Source: Elusimicrobiota bacterium (GTDB lineage Bacteria > Elusimicrobiota > Elusimicrobia > UBA1565 > JACRDR01). From it: DNA of 64,000 nucleotides. Below the pieces are notes generated by a model. It saw only the letters and a list, made by a program, of their open reading frames with translations, ran no database searches and was not told where the DNA came from. Shown piece after piece: positions 8,728-18,136 of the stretch (position 1 is its first letter; every line of letters begins with the position of its first letter). Both the position numbers and the translations under genes were made by a program. Where the stretch lies: assembly GCA_041694815.1 (NCBI GenBank), contig JBGFSC010000006.1, forward strand, positions 9,271-73,270. The letters are read 5' to 3'.

Positions 8728-9408
8728 ATGCCGAATACGATTCTACTCGTCGAGGACGACGCCCAGACCCGCGGCATGGTGCAGGCGGCGCTTTCCGGCG
8801 TCGGGCACCGGGTGCTGGCCACCGACGGGGCAAAATCGGGCTGGCATCTGTTCTCCTCCGAGAAGCCGGATTTGGCCGTGCTCGATTTGGAGCTGGCCGA
8901 CGGCAACGGCCTGGATTTCTGCAAGAAGATCCGGGAGCACAAGGAGCTTCACCATACGCCCGTGATCATCCTGACCGGAGCCTCCGAGCTCGACAGCAAG
9001 GTTTCGGGCTTCGCCGCGGGCGCCGATCAGTACCTCGTTAAACCGGTGCCTCCCCAGGAACTGCTCTTGTGGGTGGACGCGCTGCTGCGCCGAGTGTCTT
9101 ATGAAAAGGAAGAGGGGGATGTGCTCAAGGCCGGCGACTGCGAGATCGACATCAAGTCGCATCTGGTACGATTTAAGGGCGCCCTTATCCCGAATCTCAC
9201 GGTCAAGGAATTCGAGCTGCTCTATTTCCTGGTCAAGCGCCGGCCGAACGTGTTCAGCCGCAAGGCCATCCTCTCGACGCTCTGGCACACCATCACGGTC
9301 GACCATGTCGTCGACACCCACCTGACCAATCTTCGCAAGAAGCTTCCGCGCGAATTAGCCGATAAACTTCAAACCATTCCTGGCAAAGGGTTCCGTTTCT
9401 TGGAGTAA
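8728..9408 (+). CDS. OmpR-family two-component response regulator
   Basis: Receiver domain (LLVEDD...DLAVLDLELADGNGLD...K) plus a winged-helix trans_reg_C output domain. Confidence 0.85.
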   Translation: MPNTILLVEDDAQTRGMVQAALSGVGHRVLATDGAKSGWHLFSSEKPDLAVLDLELADGNGLDFCKKIREHKELHHTPVIILTGASELDSKVSGFAAGADQYLVKPVPPQELLLWVDALLRRVSYEKEEGDVLKAGDCEIDIKSHLVRFKGALIPNLTVKEFELLYFLVKRRPNVFSRKAILSTLWHTITVDHVVDTHLTNLRKKLPRELADKLQTIPGKGFRFLE

Positions 9409-9455
9409 GCGCGTAAAAGCTGTCGTTCCCTTTCCTTTATATAGATATACAGGAG

Positions 9456-10886
9456 CTAACTTTCGATATGCGGCTTCGATTCCGACCACCCGGCCGGGGT
9501 GATGCGGACGAACTTGACCTTCTTCCACAGCGTGGGCAGGTCCTTGGCGCCCGAGTAGCTCATGCCCGAGCGCAGGCCCCCGGCGAGTTGGTGGATCACC
9601 TCCACCGCGTGGCCGCGGTAGGGGACCAGGGCCTCCACCCCTTCCGGCACCACTTCTAGAATTTCCTCGCGTTCGAGCTCCGCGTTCCCGCGCTCTTTTT
9701 GCTTCTTGGAAATCGTCGCCGCCAGGGAGGCCATCCCTCGGTAAGCCTTGTACTTCATGCCCTTGCGCACCACGGTCCAGCCGGGGCTCTCCTCCGTGCC
9801 CGCCAATAGGCTTCCGATCATGACGCAGGACGCCCCGCCGGCCAAGGCCTTGGTGATGTCGCCCGAGTCGCGGATGCCGCCATCGGCGGTGATCGGCACG
9901 CCCTTGCTCTTGGTGATGCGGGCGCAATCCATGATCGCCGAGAGCTGGGGAACCCCGGAGCCCGTGACGATGCGCGTCGAGCAGGTGGCCCCGGGGCCCA
10001 CGCCCACCTTGACGCCGTCGGCGCCGGCCGCGGCCAGGTCCCGCGCTCCCTCGAAGGTCGCCACGTTGCCGGCCACGATCTCGATCTCCGGCCAGCGCGA
10101 TTTGATCTTCTCGACCGCGAGGGTGACGTGGTCGGCATGCCCGTGCGCCACGTCGACGACCAGCACGTCGGCGCCGGCCTCCCGCAGCGCGGCGCTTCGG
10201 TCGATGTAGTCGCCCACGACGCCGACCGCGGCGCCGACCAAAAGGCGTCCCTTCTTGTCGAGCGAGGCGTAGGGGTAGCGCCGTTTTTTGAGCAGGTCCT
10301 TGGCCGTAATGAGCCCCTTGAGCGTCCCGGTCGCGTCCACCAAGGGTAGCTTTTCCACCTTGTGCTCGTTGAGTATTTTCTCGGCCTCGGAGAGGCTGAC
10401 TCCAGGCTTGGCGGTGACTAGCTTTCGAGTCATGACCGAGCCGATCGGCTTGGGGTCGGCACTTTTGGGCTGGAACTGCAGGTCGCGCTGGGTCACGATG
10501 CCGACCAGGCGCCTCTGGCCGTCTACGACCAGCAGGCCACCCACTTGCCAACGGCGCATGAGCTCGCGCGCGCCCGAGACGGTATCGTTCGGCGAGAGGG
10601 TGTAGGGCGATTCGATGACGATGCTCTCGGCGCGCTTGACCTTGGCGACCTCGGCCACCTCCTCCTCGATCGTCAAGAAGCGGTGGATAACCCCCAGGCC
10701 GCCATGCTGCGCCATGGCGATGGCCATCTCTGCCTCGGTCACCGTGTCCATGTTGGCCGAGACGATGGGACACTTGAGCGCGATGCGCCGCGAGAAGCGG
10801 CCCGTCGTGTCGACATGCTTGCGCGAGACGATGGAGGACCTTTGCGGGACCAGCAGCACGTCGCTGAAGGTATAGGCTTCCTTCAT
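9456..10886 (-). CDS. guaB: IMP dehydrogenase
   Basis: 476 aa. Catalytic loop [14 protein letters not shown] pair inserted in the barrel. N-terminus FSDVLLVPQ matches the family. Confidence 0.95.
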   Translation of the reverse strand: MKEAYTFSDVLLVPQRSSIVSRKHVDTTGRFSRRIALKCPIVSANMDTVTEAEMAIAMAQHGGLGVIHRFLTIEEEVAEVAKVKRAESIVIESPYTLSPNDTVSGARELMRRWQVGGLLVVDGQRRLVGIVTQRDLQFQPKSADPKPIGSVMTRKLVTAKPGVSLSEAEKILNEHKVEKLPLVDATGTLKGLITAKDLLKKRRYPYASLDKKGRLLVGAAVGVVGDYIDRSAALREAGADVLVVDVAHGHADHVTLAVEKIKSRWPEIEIVAGNVATFEGARDLAAAGADGVKVGVGPGATCSTRIVTGSGVPQLSAIMDCARITKSKGVPITADGGIRDSGDITKALAGGASCVMIGSLLAGTEESPGWTVVRKGMKYKAYRGMASLAATISKKQKERGNAELEREEILEVVPEGVEALVPYRGHAVEVIHQLAGGLRSGMSYSGAKDLPTLWKKVKFVRITPAGWSESKPHIES

Positions 10887-10907
10887 GAGCGCGAATTATA
10901 CCATGTT

Positions 10908-10987
10908 GGTGCCAGGTATCCACTTTCTACACTTTCTCAACTTTCCTGGGAATTTCAACAAAGTGAAGAAAGTGGATGCCTGGCACC
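10908..10987. repeat. type-A palindromic element, copy A3
   Basis: Arms GGTGCCAGGTATCCACTTTCT / AGAAAGTGGATGCCTGGCACC (one mismatch). Lies in the divergent intergenic region between guaB and the ftsH-like gene. Confidence 0.85.
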
Positions 10988-11117
10988 GCCAGCAAGAACG
11001 TAGGCCCTTGGGCCCTATTATTTTTGCACGCAAGGCCCATGTCGATTTTGGGCGAGCGTTGCTAAAATCCACAACGTTGTTTTCGTACCTTGCGCGCAAG
11101 CCAAGGCAACTCGGGAG

Positions 11118-13190
11118 GTGGAAATGCTTCTGTCACAGACTCGGCGGTTTTGGCTGGCCGCGCTCGCCGCGGCCCTCCTCGGAACGTCCGCGCATGCGGT
11201 AGGGCGTTCCGACATCGAAATGCTGCTGCGGCGCCGTGACGCCGCGACCGCAAGGAATCTCACCCTTCTCGTCCGTGACCGTGGGCAGAATTTCCTTGCC
11301 AAGATCACGGCCGGCAGGCCGGATTCCGACAAGGCCGTGCACGCCTGGGCCTTCGCGCATCCCGAGACCGCGGCCGATCTTTACTCCCTCCTGATTCAAC
11401 GCGGCCGTGCCGGAGCCGAGGCGTTCGCGCGTCCGGAGTCCACTTATAAGGGAATCGAAGGCCACGCGCAGATGGTGGCCGACGACAAGAAGGCGTCGGC
11501 CGAGCAGGCCAACGGCAACGCGGGCAAGCCGTTCGACGGCTCAAGCAAGAAGGACGGATCGCTTCCCGTCAATACGGGCCCGGTCGCGAAGCCCAACGGC
11601 CAGCCGTCCGCCCAGAAGAAACCGGACAATCTCCTCGAGCGCTTGAGGAAGTGGATGGATGATGAGCGCGACGGCGTCCCCGGCTCGAGCGGCAAGCGCG
11701 AGAGCGGCAAGGTCACCTTCAAGGATGTCATCGGCCTCAAGGAAGCCAAGGCGCAGATCATACAGTTCGTCGACATACTCAAGAATCCCGAGAAGTACGC
11801 GCGCCTGGGCGCGGAGGTGCCGCGTGGCATCCTGATGGTGGGGCCTCCCGGCAACGGCAAGACCCTTCTGGGCAAGGCTCTCGCCAACGAGGCGGGCTTC
11901 TCCTGCTTCATCGCGAAAGCGGGTCCTGAGTTCTCCAGTAAATGGGTCGGCGAGAGCGCGGCCGAGATCCGCCGCACCTTCGAGCAGGCCCGTGCGCAGG
12001 AGCCCTGCATCATCTTCATCGACGAATTGGACGGCTTGGCGGCGGCCCGCACCGGCATCGACCAGTCCGTGGCCCGCGAATACAACTCCACCGTCGAGCA
12101 GCTGCTCGTCGAGATGGACGGCTTGACCGAGCACAGCAAGAACGGCAAGGTGCCGAAGGTCTTCGTCATCGGCGCCACGAACCGGCCGGACCTTCTCGAC
12201 CCTGCGGTCATGCGCCCCGGGCGCCTGGACCTGCATGTCGTGATCACCTCGCCCGACATCAAGGATCGCGAGGAGATGATCAAGTACTACGTCAAGAAGA
12301 AGAAAGTCCCGGCCAACGCCGACGTGGACTTCAAGATCCTGGCTGGCCGCACCACCGGCATGTCCGGAGCCGCGATCAAGGACTTCGTCAACAAGGCCGC
12401 CTTGGTGGCCGCGGAGGAGAACGCCCAGGATGTCACGCTCAAGCATTTTCTCAAGGCCCTCGACCGGCTGCAAATCGGCGGCGAGCGGCGCATGGTGCTT
12501 AGCGACGCCGAGAAGATCATTACCGCGCGCCATGAGCTGGGCCACGCCCTGGTCGCCACCTATACGAAGGGCGGCGATCCCGTAGGCAAGATCACGATCA
12601 TCCCGCGCGACATCGGCGCGCTCGGCGTGACGACCTCCGAGCCGCCGGAAGACCGGAAGAATTGGAGCAAGACCCAGCTCCTCAACCAGATCGCCATGGC
12701 CATGGGAGGGCGCGTCGCTGAGAAGATTTTCTACAACGACGAGACCACCGGCGCCGCGAGCGACCTGGAGAATTCCCAGAACCTCGCCTGGCAGATGGTC
12801 GTGCGCTTCGGCATGAGCGAAAAGCTGGGGCCGGTTTCCTTCGTCAAGACCGCCCAGGGCAATTATCTCTCCGGCGGAGCCTCGATGCAGCCTGTTAGCG
12901 AAGAAATTCAAAAGCTCATCGACTCCGAGGTCAAGCGCTTCCTGCTCGAGGCCGAGCAGCGGGCCATGGCCATCCTTACCGCCAAGAAGGATGTCTTGGA
13001 CAAGGTGGTGCCATACCTGATCAAACAGGAAACCATGGAGGGTTCGGACCTGCGCAAGCTGCTCAAGGAGTTAGACACGAACCCGGGAGAGTATCCCGTG
13101 CAGGACCCCCCGCCGCAACAGCCGGGCTCGGATAAGCCCTTCGCGACCACCCCGACCAATCTAGGGTGCTCGGCAGGCAGGCTGTATTAA
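11118..13190 (+). CDS. FtsH-family AAA+ zinc metalloprotease with an atypical N-terminus
   Basis: Walker A GPPGNGKT, Walker B IIFIDELD, SRH ATNRPDLLDPAVMRPGRLD, M41 HELGHAL plus a downstream Asp. Only one N-terminal hydrophobic segment and no second TM; the N-terminal region is about 200 aa. Confidence 0.8.
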   Translation: MEMLLSQTRRFWLAALAAALLGTSAHAVGRSDIEMLLRRRDAATARNLTLLVRDRGQNFLAKITAGRPDSDKAVHAWAFAHPETAADLYSLLIQRGRAGAEAFARPESTYKGIEGHAQMVADDKKASAEQANGNAGKPFDGSSKKDGSLPVNTGPVAKPNGQPSAQKKPDNLLERLRKWMDDERDGVPGSSGKRESGKVTFKDVIGLKEAKAQIIQFVDILKNPEKYARLGAEVPRGILMVGPPGNGKTLLGKALANEAGFSCFIAKAGPEFSSKWVGESAAEIRRTFEQARAQEPCIIFIDELDGLAAARTGIDQSVAREYNSTVEQLLVEMDGLTEHSKNGKVPKVFVIGATNRPDLLDPAVMRPGRLDLHVVITSPDIKDREEMIKYYVKKKKVPANADVDFKILAGRTTGMSGAAIKDFVNKAALVAAEENAQDVTLKHFLKALDRLQIGGERRMVLSDAEKIITARHELGHALVATYTKGGDPVGKITIIPRDIGALGVTTSEPPEDRKNWSKTQLLNQIAMAMGGRVAEKIFYNDETTGAASDLENSQNLAWQMVVRFGMSEKLGPVSFVKTAQGNYLSGGASMQPVSEEIQKLIDSEVKRFLLEAEQRAMAILTAKKDVLDKVVPYLIKQETMEGSDLRKLLKELDTNPGEYPVQDPPPQQPGSDKPFATTPTNLGCSAGRLY

Positions 13191-13212
13191 AGAGTAGAAC
13201 TCCTCGCGGCTG

Positions 13213-14556
13213 ATGGATCAGCCCGCCGGGGCTTCAGACGACGCGCTCGGGGCTAAAAGCTCCGAGCGCGTCGTCGCTTTTCTGCTGTTTCTCTGGCTTT
13301 TTTCCATCATCTGTTCGTATTACATCCTGCGCCCCGTCCGCAGCGCGCTGATCCTCTCGGAGTTCGGGCCCAAGGCTCTCCCCTGGGCGTACATGGGCAC
13401 GGCGCTGTTTACCGGCATCGCGGTCTGGATTTACACCCAGTTCACGTACCTGCCGCGTAAGACGCTGCTTACCCGCGTGATCCTGTTTTTTATCTCCAAT
13501 TTCGCCGTGTTGTGGTGGATCGTCAGCAGGCGCATCCCTTGGTCGGCCGGCATTTTTTACGTCTGGACGGACATTTTCTCCATCATGGCCGTGACGGTTT
13601 TTTGGATGTACGTAAACGACGTCTTTCCCTCGAAGTCCGCCAAGCGGAGCTTCGGCATCATCGGTTCGGCAGGCCCGGCCGGCGCCATCGCCGGCGCCGC
13701 CTTGATCAAAATTTTCGTCCGCCGTGTGGGCGTGGAGCAGATGCTGCTGGTCGCTGGCGGATTCTTCGGCTTAGGGCTGTTGATTTTTTGGGCGCTCGAG
13801 TTCCTCACCGGTGGACGATCGGCTGAGCGCAAGAAGGCGATAGAGAAATTCGAGCAATACAATTTTTCCGAGTTTTCCAGCTTGATGCGTTCCGTGGCGC
13901 GATCAAGGGTGCTGACCCTGTTGACGGTCGCCGTGTGCTTCGAGCGTTTCGCGCCGGATTTCGTTGATTACGTGTTTTCGGCGGCCCTGCATCATGCCTA
14001 TCCGGACAAGCTCGGCTACGCGGCCGTCTTCGCCACCTTCGAGTTCTGGCGCAACGTGCTCGTGTTCATCGCCACGCTGTCGCTCACCTCGACCATCCTG
14101 CGCACGCTCGGAGTGCACGTGGCCATTACCGCCGTGCCGATGACCATCCTCATCGGTGGCGCGGCCTACGCGCTGTTCCCGTTCCTGGGGGTGGCCATCG
14201 CCTTGAAGGGCTTGGAGGAGGGCCAGCGGCATGCGTGGTTTAAGGCGGGCAAGGAAGTGATCTATACGGCCACGCATTCCGACGTCATCTACAAGGTCAA
14301 GGGCTATCTCGAGATGTTCCTCTACCGTTTTTCGCGGGGTCTGGCTGGCCTCATCATCTTGTTCTTGACCAGCGGTCTGGGTCTGGGCGCCGTCGGCGTG
14401 GCCTGGGCCGTGGTCCCGCTGGCCGCGCTGTGGGCGGTCGTGACCTGGAAGCTGGGCAAGGCGTACGAAACCAGCGAGGCCGGAGCGGCCGATAAAGAGG
14501 AGCCCGCTCTCCCCTTGGGCAAAGAGGCGTCAATATCTCAAGGTGCCAGGGATTGA
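13213..14556 (+). CDS. NTT/TLC-family (ATP/ADP translocase-like) membrane transporter
   Basis: About 11-12 TM segments. YYILRPVRSALILSE resembles the NTT motif YxxLRxxKDxLVV. FWMYVNDVFPSKSAKRSFGIIG resembles the NTT motif FWxFANxI...AKRFYxxFG. The stop codon lies inside palindrome B1. Confidence 0.5.
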   Translation: MDQPAGASDDALGAKSSERVVAFLLFLWLFSIICSYYILRPVRSALILSEFGPKALPWAYMGTALFTGIAVWIYTQFTYLPRKTLLTRVILFFISNFAVLWWIVSRRIPWSAGIFYVWTDIFSIMAVTVFWMYVNDVFPSKSAKRSFGIIGSAGPAGAIAGAALIKIFVRRVGVEQMLLVAGGFFGLGLLIFWALEFLTGGRSAERKKAIEKFEQYNFSEFSSLMRSVARSRVLTLLTVAVCFERFAPDFVDYVFSAALHHAYPDKLGYAAVFATFEFWRNVLVFIATLSLTSTILRTLGVHVAITAVPMTILIGGAAYALFPFLGVAIALKGLEEGQRHAWFKAGKEVIYTATHSDVIYKVKGYLEMFLYRFSRGLAGLIILFLTSGLGLGAVGVAWAVVPLAALWAVVTWKLGKAYETSEAGAADKEEPALPLGKEASISQGARD

Positions 14557-14589
14557 CTTTCGCCTAGGCGAAAGTCAATCCCTGGCACC
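14542..14589. repeat. type-B 48-bp perfect palindrome, copy B1 (GGTGCCAGGGATTGACTTTCGCCTAGGCGAAAGTCAATCCCTGGCACC)
   Basis: Exact 48-nt palindrome centred on CCTAGG. Shares its termini with type A. Identical second copy at 46539. Confidence 0.9.
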
Positions 14590-14650
14590 GTTGCTACTCA
14601 GTATGCTGGCGACGACCCCAGGCAATGCCTCGGGTCGTCGCCAGACTTGG

Positions 14651-15061
14651 CTAGTGGCGCTTGCGGACGTCGGCTTCGCGCAGCCTGCGCTCGGCCTCCT
14701 TGATCGCCAGCCAATTGCGCTTCACCTCGGCCGTGCTCTTCGCCCGCCGGCCGCCGAAGACATGCGGGTGGCGGCGCTTGAGTTTAAGGGCTTGGCTCCT
14801 GGCGACGTCCTCGATGTCGAAGCGCCCCTTTTCGCTTTCGATCTGCGCGTGCAGTAGGACCTGCAGAAGCACGTCTCCCAGCTCGTCCTCGATCTCATGC
14901 CATCGTCCCCGCTCGAGGGCCCGCTCGAGCTCCTTGGCCTCCTCGCGCAGGTAAGGGATCAGCGAGCGATGCGTCTGCCGCCTGTCCCAGGGGCAGCCGT
15001 TCGGCGCCCGCAACCGTGCGATGAGGGCCTTCAGGCGCTCAAATTGGCTTGGGCGAGGCAT
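14651..15061 (-). CDS. mazG: MazG-family nucleoside triphosphate pyrophosphohydrolase
   Basis: The EExxE.D.LGD motif (EEAKELERALERGRWHEIEDELGDVLLQVLLHAQI) is typical of MazG. Start set at the internal ATG (MPRPSQFERLK). The upstream 106 aa of the track ORF lie in the convergent overlap with the NTT gene. Confidence 0.7.
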   Translation of the reverse strand: MPRPSQFERLKALIARLRAPNGCPWDRRQTHRSLIPYLREEAKELERALERGRWHEIEDELGDVLLQVLLHAQIESEKGRFDIEDVARSQALKLKRRHPHVFGGRRAKSTAEVKRNWLAIKEAERRLREADVRKRH

Positions 15062-15112
15062 GAGGGGGCAGTATAGGAAATTTTCCCCGGCCGATAAGAT
15101 ATACTTTCCGGC

Positions 15113-18100
15113 ATGGCGCCACGCCTGTTCTGCGGCGCGTTCCAGCCGGCTCTCGAGGACGCCTTCTGCGAGCGCTTGGAGAGCCTTAGGCCCGGCCCGG
15201 GGCGTCGGGTCATGGTCGTAGCGCCTTCCCGCCGAATGGCCGAGAGGCTCGAGCGGCTCATCGCCTTCGAGCGAGGGCTCGGTTTCCTGGAACTGCGCGT
15301 GCACACCTTCTACAGCCTGGCCCTGGAGATTTTGACCTCCTGCGGGCCCGAGCCCTGGATCCTCGCGGCGGACGCCCAAATCCAGGAGCTTCTGGTGCGG
15401 GGCTTGCTTACGAGTTCGCGGAGCTTGTCCCGCGGCCTCGCCGGCGCCTATAGCTCCAGCCTCAAGGACTTAGCCGACGCTGGTGTCGACCCCGAGTCTT
15501 TGAGACTGCATTTCGCGGAATGGTTCGAGGAGCCCCAGCGCTCGCTTCTTAACTCCCTGCTGGAGTTGCTGCAGGCCTATGAGCGGCGCCGGCGCGAGAC
15601 CGGCCTGGCCTCCTCCTTCGATCTCGTGCAGCGCGCGACGAGGGTCGTCGAGGAAGGCCGCGAGAACCTGCTGGGTGGCTACCAAGAGATACTTTATTAC
15701 GGCTTCTACGACTTAACCGGAGCCCAGGCCGATTTTTTCAACGCGGTCGCCGGCGCCTACCCGTGTTCGGTGTTCTTCCCGTATGTTAAAGGATACCCGG
15801 CCTTCAAATTCGTCGAACGCTTCTACGAACTGCGCCTTTCGAGAGGCTCCGGGGCGCGGCACCTGCCTCCGGACTGGGGCGGCCGGGCCTTGGGCGAAGG
15901 GTTGGGCTGCCTGTTCAATCCCGGCCGGCAAGCGAGCCTTCCCGAGGGGAGGCTGCGGCTGATCAACGTCTCGGGCTCCAGAGACGAAGTGTGGGCCACC
16001 GCCAAGGGAATATTGGCCGCTAGGGAAGAGGACCCTTCTCTGAGCTTCGACGAGATAGGCGTGGTAGCCAGGTCCCTGGAGCCCTATCGCGCGCTCTTGG
16101 CGGAGGTCTTCGAAGAAAACGAAATTCCCTTCTCCATGGAGGAGGGCGAGCCGTTGTTGAGGCATCCCCTCGCCAAGCTGGCCCTGAACCTGCTCAACCT
16201 GGCGCGCATGGATTTTCCGGCGTCCGCGGTGCAGGACCTGTTGCGTTCGCCCTATCTTCGAGTCAAGGCCTTCGGCTCGGCCCAGCGGCAGGAAAGCGCC
16301 TGCCGCGTCATCGCCGCCCTGGGCATCCATTCCGGATGGTCGCAATGGGAAGGAATATTCGGCGCGCAGGCCGGACGAGACCCGGACTCGAAAGCCATTT
16401 GGGAATGGCTTAGCTCCTTGCGCCAAAGCCTGCGGGTCGCATCCCCGCCCAGCTGGGCCGGAGCCTCGGCGCATTGGATGACGCTGCTCCAGGACCATTT
16501 CCACGTGCCGGTGGGCGATCCCGCCGCCGGCGTATGGGAGGCGATGCTCGCCGCCACGCAGGAGCTAGCCACCTTCGACCGCGCCGCCGCCGGCGCGGAC
16601 TATCCAGAGATGCTCGAGGCCCTCGAGCGGCGTTGGCGCGGCCGCGCGATCCCAGCGCCAGACAGGCGCGGGGTGCGCGTCTTGGGCGCGATGGACGCCC
16701 GCGGTCATTCCTTCCGACGCCTGTTTCTAATCGGGCTGCAGGAGGGCGTGTTCCCGCGCCAAGTGCGCGAGGATCCCCTGTTGCCGGACGACCTGCGGGC
16801 CAGGCTCGCGCATCCGGCGGGCTATTGGATCCGGCCCAAGCTCGAAGGTTACGACGAGGAAAGGCTTTTGTTCGCTTTGCTCGTCTCCTCCGCTTCCGAG
16901 CGTCTCGTCTGCGTATACCAGCGCTCCGACGATGCCGGGAGGGCAACGGTACCATCCTCCTACCTTCGGGAGCTCTGTAGGGCCTGCGGCGTCGACTTCT
17001 CCGGCGAGGCCAACCGCCGGGTGCCGCGCCAGCCATTGGTCAAGGTACGCGAATCGCCCCTCCTCTCGTGGTCTCCCGATGAGATGGCCTTGGCGGCCTG
17101 CGCCGCGGGCTCCGACCCCGCGCCCGCCTTGAGCGCGCTGGGGGAGGAAGCCGGCGCCCTGGCCGAGGTCCTGCGACGCAGCGCCGAGCTCAACCGCCAG
17201 GGCGGCCCTGGCCCCATGGACGGCGTCGTCGGCCCCCCGCGGCATTACCTGCGGCGCTACCGAGCGCGCGGTCGTTCCCCGAGCGAGCTCCAGGAGTACA
17301 CCCGCTGCCCTTTCCGCTTCTTCATGTCCCGCGTGCTCCAGATACCGGAACCCGAAGAGGCGGCCCAGCGCGGCGCCTTGAGCGCCGAGAGGCGCGGCCG
17401 ACTCTACCATGCGGCGCTCCGCCGCTTTCATTCGCGCTTGGGCGAAAGCGGCTATTGGAGCGCGCAGGCGGCGGATTGGGTACCCGTGCTCGAGGAGGCC
17501 ATCGAGGCCGAGATGGGCGCCGCGTCGTGGAAGACATTGGGCCTTTACCCGGTGCTTTGGGAGGCGATCCGGCGGACGATGACGGAGTACCTGCGCGAGT
17601 TCGTCAGCTGGGACTTGGCGGAGCTGCGTCGCAGCGGATTTAAGCCGGCGCGCTTCGAGGAGGAAGTTTCCTGCACCGTGGACGGGCTCGCCCTGCAGGG
17701 AAGGATCGACCGGCTCGACGTCGACGCCGCCGGAGGGCGTTTTCGGGTGATCGATTACAAATCCCGATCTTCCCGCCGCAGCCTGATGGAGGAAATCGCC
17801 GAGCTCCGCAAGCTGCAATTGCCTCTCTACCTGGCCATGGCCGAGGCCTCGAGTCTCGGAGGCAAGGACGCCAAGGCCGCCGGCGGCGCGCTCTACGGCA
17901 TCGAGGCCGAGGGGGATGGAGCCCGGGTCGAGTCGCTTGGCTCCACCGACTTCGAGCGCCTGCGCCGCGGGCTTTGGGAAGACCTTAAGGAGTACGATCG
18001 GCTTATCGCGAAGGGCTTCTTTCCCATCCGCCCCGAGGAAGGCATCGGGGGCCACTGCCAGTACTGCGCCTATTCCGGGGCCTGCCGCAAGGCCCACGCC

Positions 18101-18136
18101 CCCACGCGCGCGAGGGCTCAGCGGGCCGGCCTATGA
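15113..18136 (+). CDS. addB: AddB-like PD-(D/E)XK nuclease subunit of a helicase-nuclease complex (no Walker A)
   Basis: 1007 aa. C-terminal RecB-type nuclease with an Fe-S staple (YTRCPFRF ... GGHCQYCAYSGAC) and a DYK motif. Translationally coupled (ATGA) to the downstream UvrD-like helicase-nuclease. Confidence 0.65.
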   Translation: MAPRLFCGAFQPALEDAFCERLESLRPGPGRRVMVVAPSRRMAERLERLIAFERGLGFLELRVHTFYSLALEILTSCGPEPWILAADAQIQELLVRGLLTSSRSLSRGLAGAYSSSLKDLADAGVDPESLRLHFAEWFEEPQRSLLNSLLELLQAYERRRRETGLASSFDLVQRATRVVEEGRENLLGGYQEILYYGFYDLTGAQADFFNAVAGAYPCSVFFPYVKGYPAFKFVERFYELRLSRGSGARHLPPDWGGRALGEGLGCLFNPGRQASLPEGRLRLINVSGSRDEVWATAKGILAAREEDPSLSFDEIGVVARSLEPYRALLAEVFEENEIPFSMEEGEPLLRHPLAKLALNLLNLARMDFPASAVQDLLRSPYLRVKAFGSAQRQESACRVIAALGIHSGWSQWEGIFGAQAGRDPDSKAIWEWLSSLRQSLRVASPPSWAGASAHWMTLLQDHFHVPVGDPAAGVWEAMLAATQELATFDRAAAGADYPEMLEALERRWRGRAIPAPDRRGVRVLGAMDARGHSFRRLFLIGLQEGVFPRQVREDPLLPDDLRARLAHPAGYWIRPKLEGYDEERLLFALLVSSASERLVCVYQRSDDAGRATVPSSYLRELCRACGVDFSGEANRRVPRQPLVKVRESPLLSWSPDEMALAACAAGSDPAPALSALGEEAGALAEVLRRSAELNRQGGPGPMDGVVGPPRHYLRRYRARGRSPSELQEYTRCPFRFFMSRVLQIPEPEEAAQRGALSAERRGRLYHAALRRFHSRLGESGYWSAQAADWVPVLEEAIEAEMGAASWKTLGLYPVLWEAIRRTMTEYLREFVSWDLAELRRSGFKPARFEEEVSCTVDGLALQGRIDRLDVDAAGGRFRVIDYKSRSSRRSLMEEIAELRKLQLPLYLAMAEASSLGGKDAKAAGGALYGIEAEGDGARVESLGSTDFERLRRGLWEDLKEYDRLIAKGFFPIRPEEGIGGHCQYCAYSGACRKAHAPTRARAQRAGL

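Noticed and set aside
8189-8833. 214-aa (minus) and 107-aa (plus, 8197..8520) ORFs in the TlpA/response-regulator gap
   Set aside because: The region is RNase P RNA; the translations are Arg/Pro-rich nonsense.
9355-10923. 522-aa ORF antisense to guaB
   Set aside because: Arg/Gly/Pro-rich low-complexity translation typical of antisense frames in high-GC DNA. guaB on the other strand is unambiguous.
11541-12911. 456-aa ORF antisense to the ftsH-like gene, and 11444..12283
   Set aside because: Low-complexity translation. The sense strand has a full AAA+ and M41 motif set.
16727-18097. 456-aa ORF (and 16410..17036) antisense to the addB-like gene
   Set aside because: No motifs and a GC-driven open frame. 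The sense strand encodes a coherent nuclease domain.
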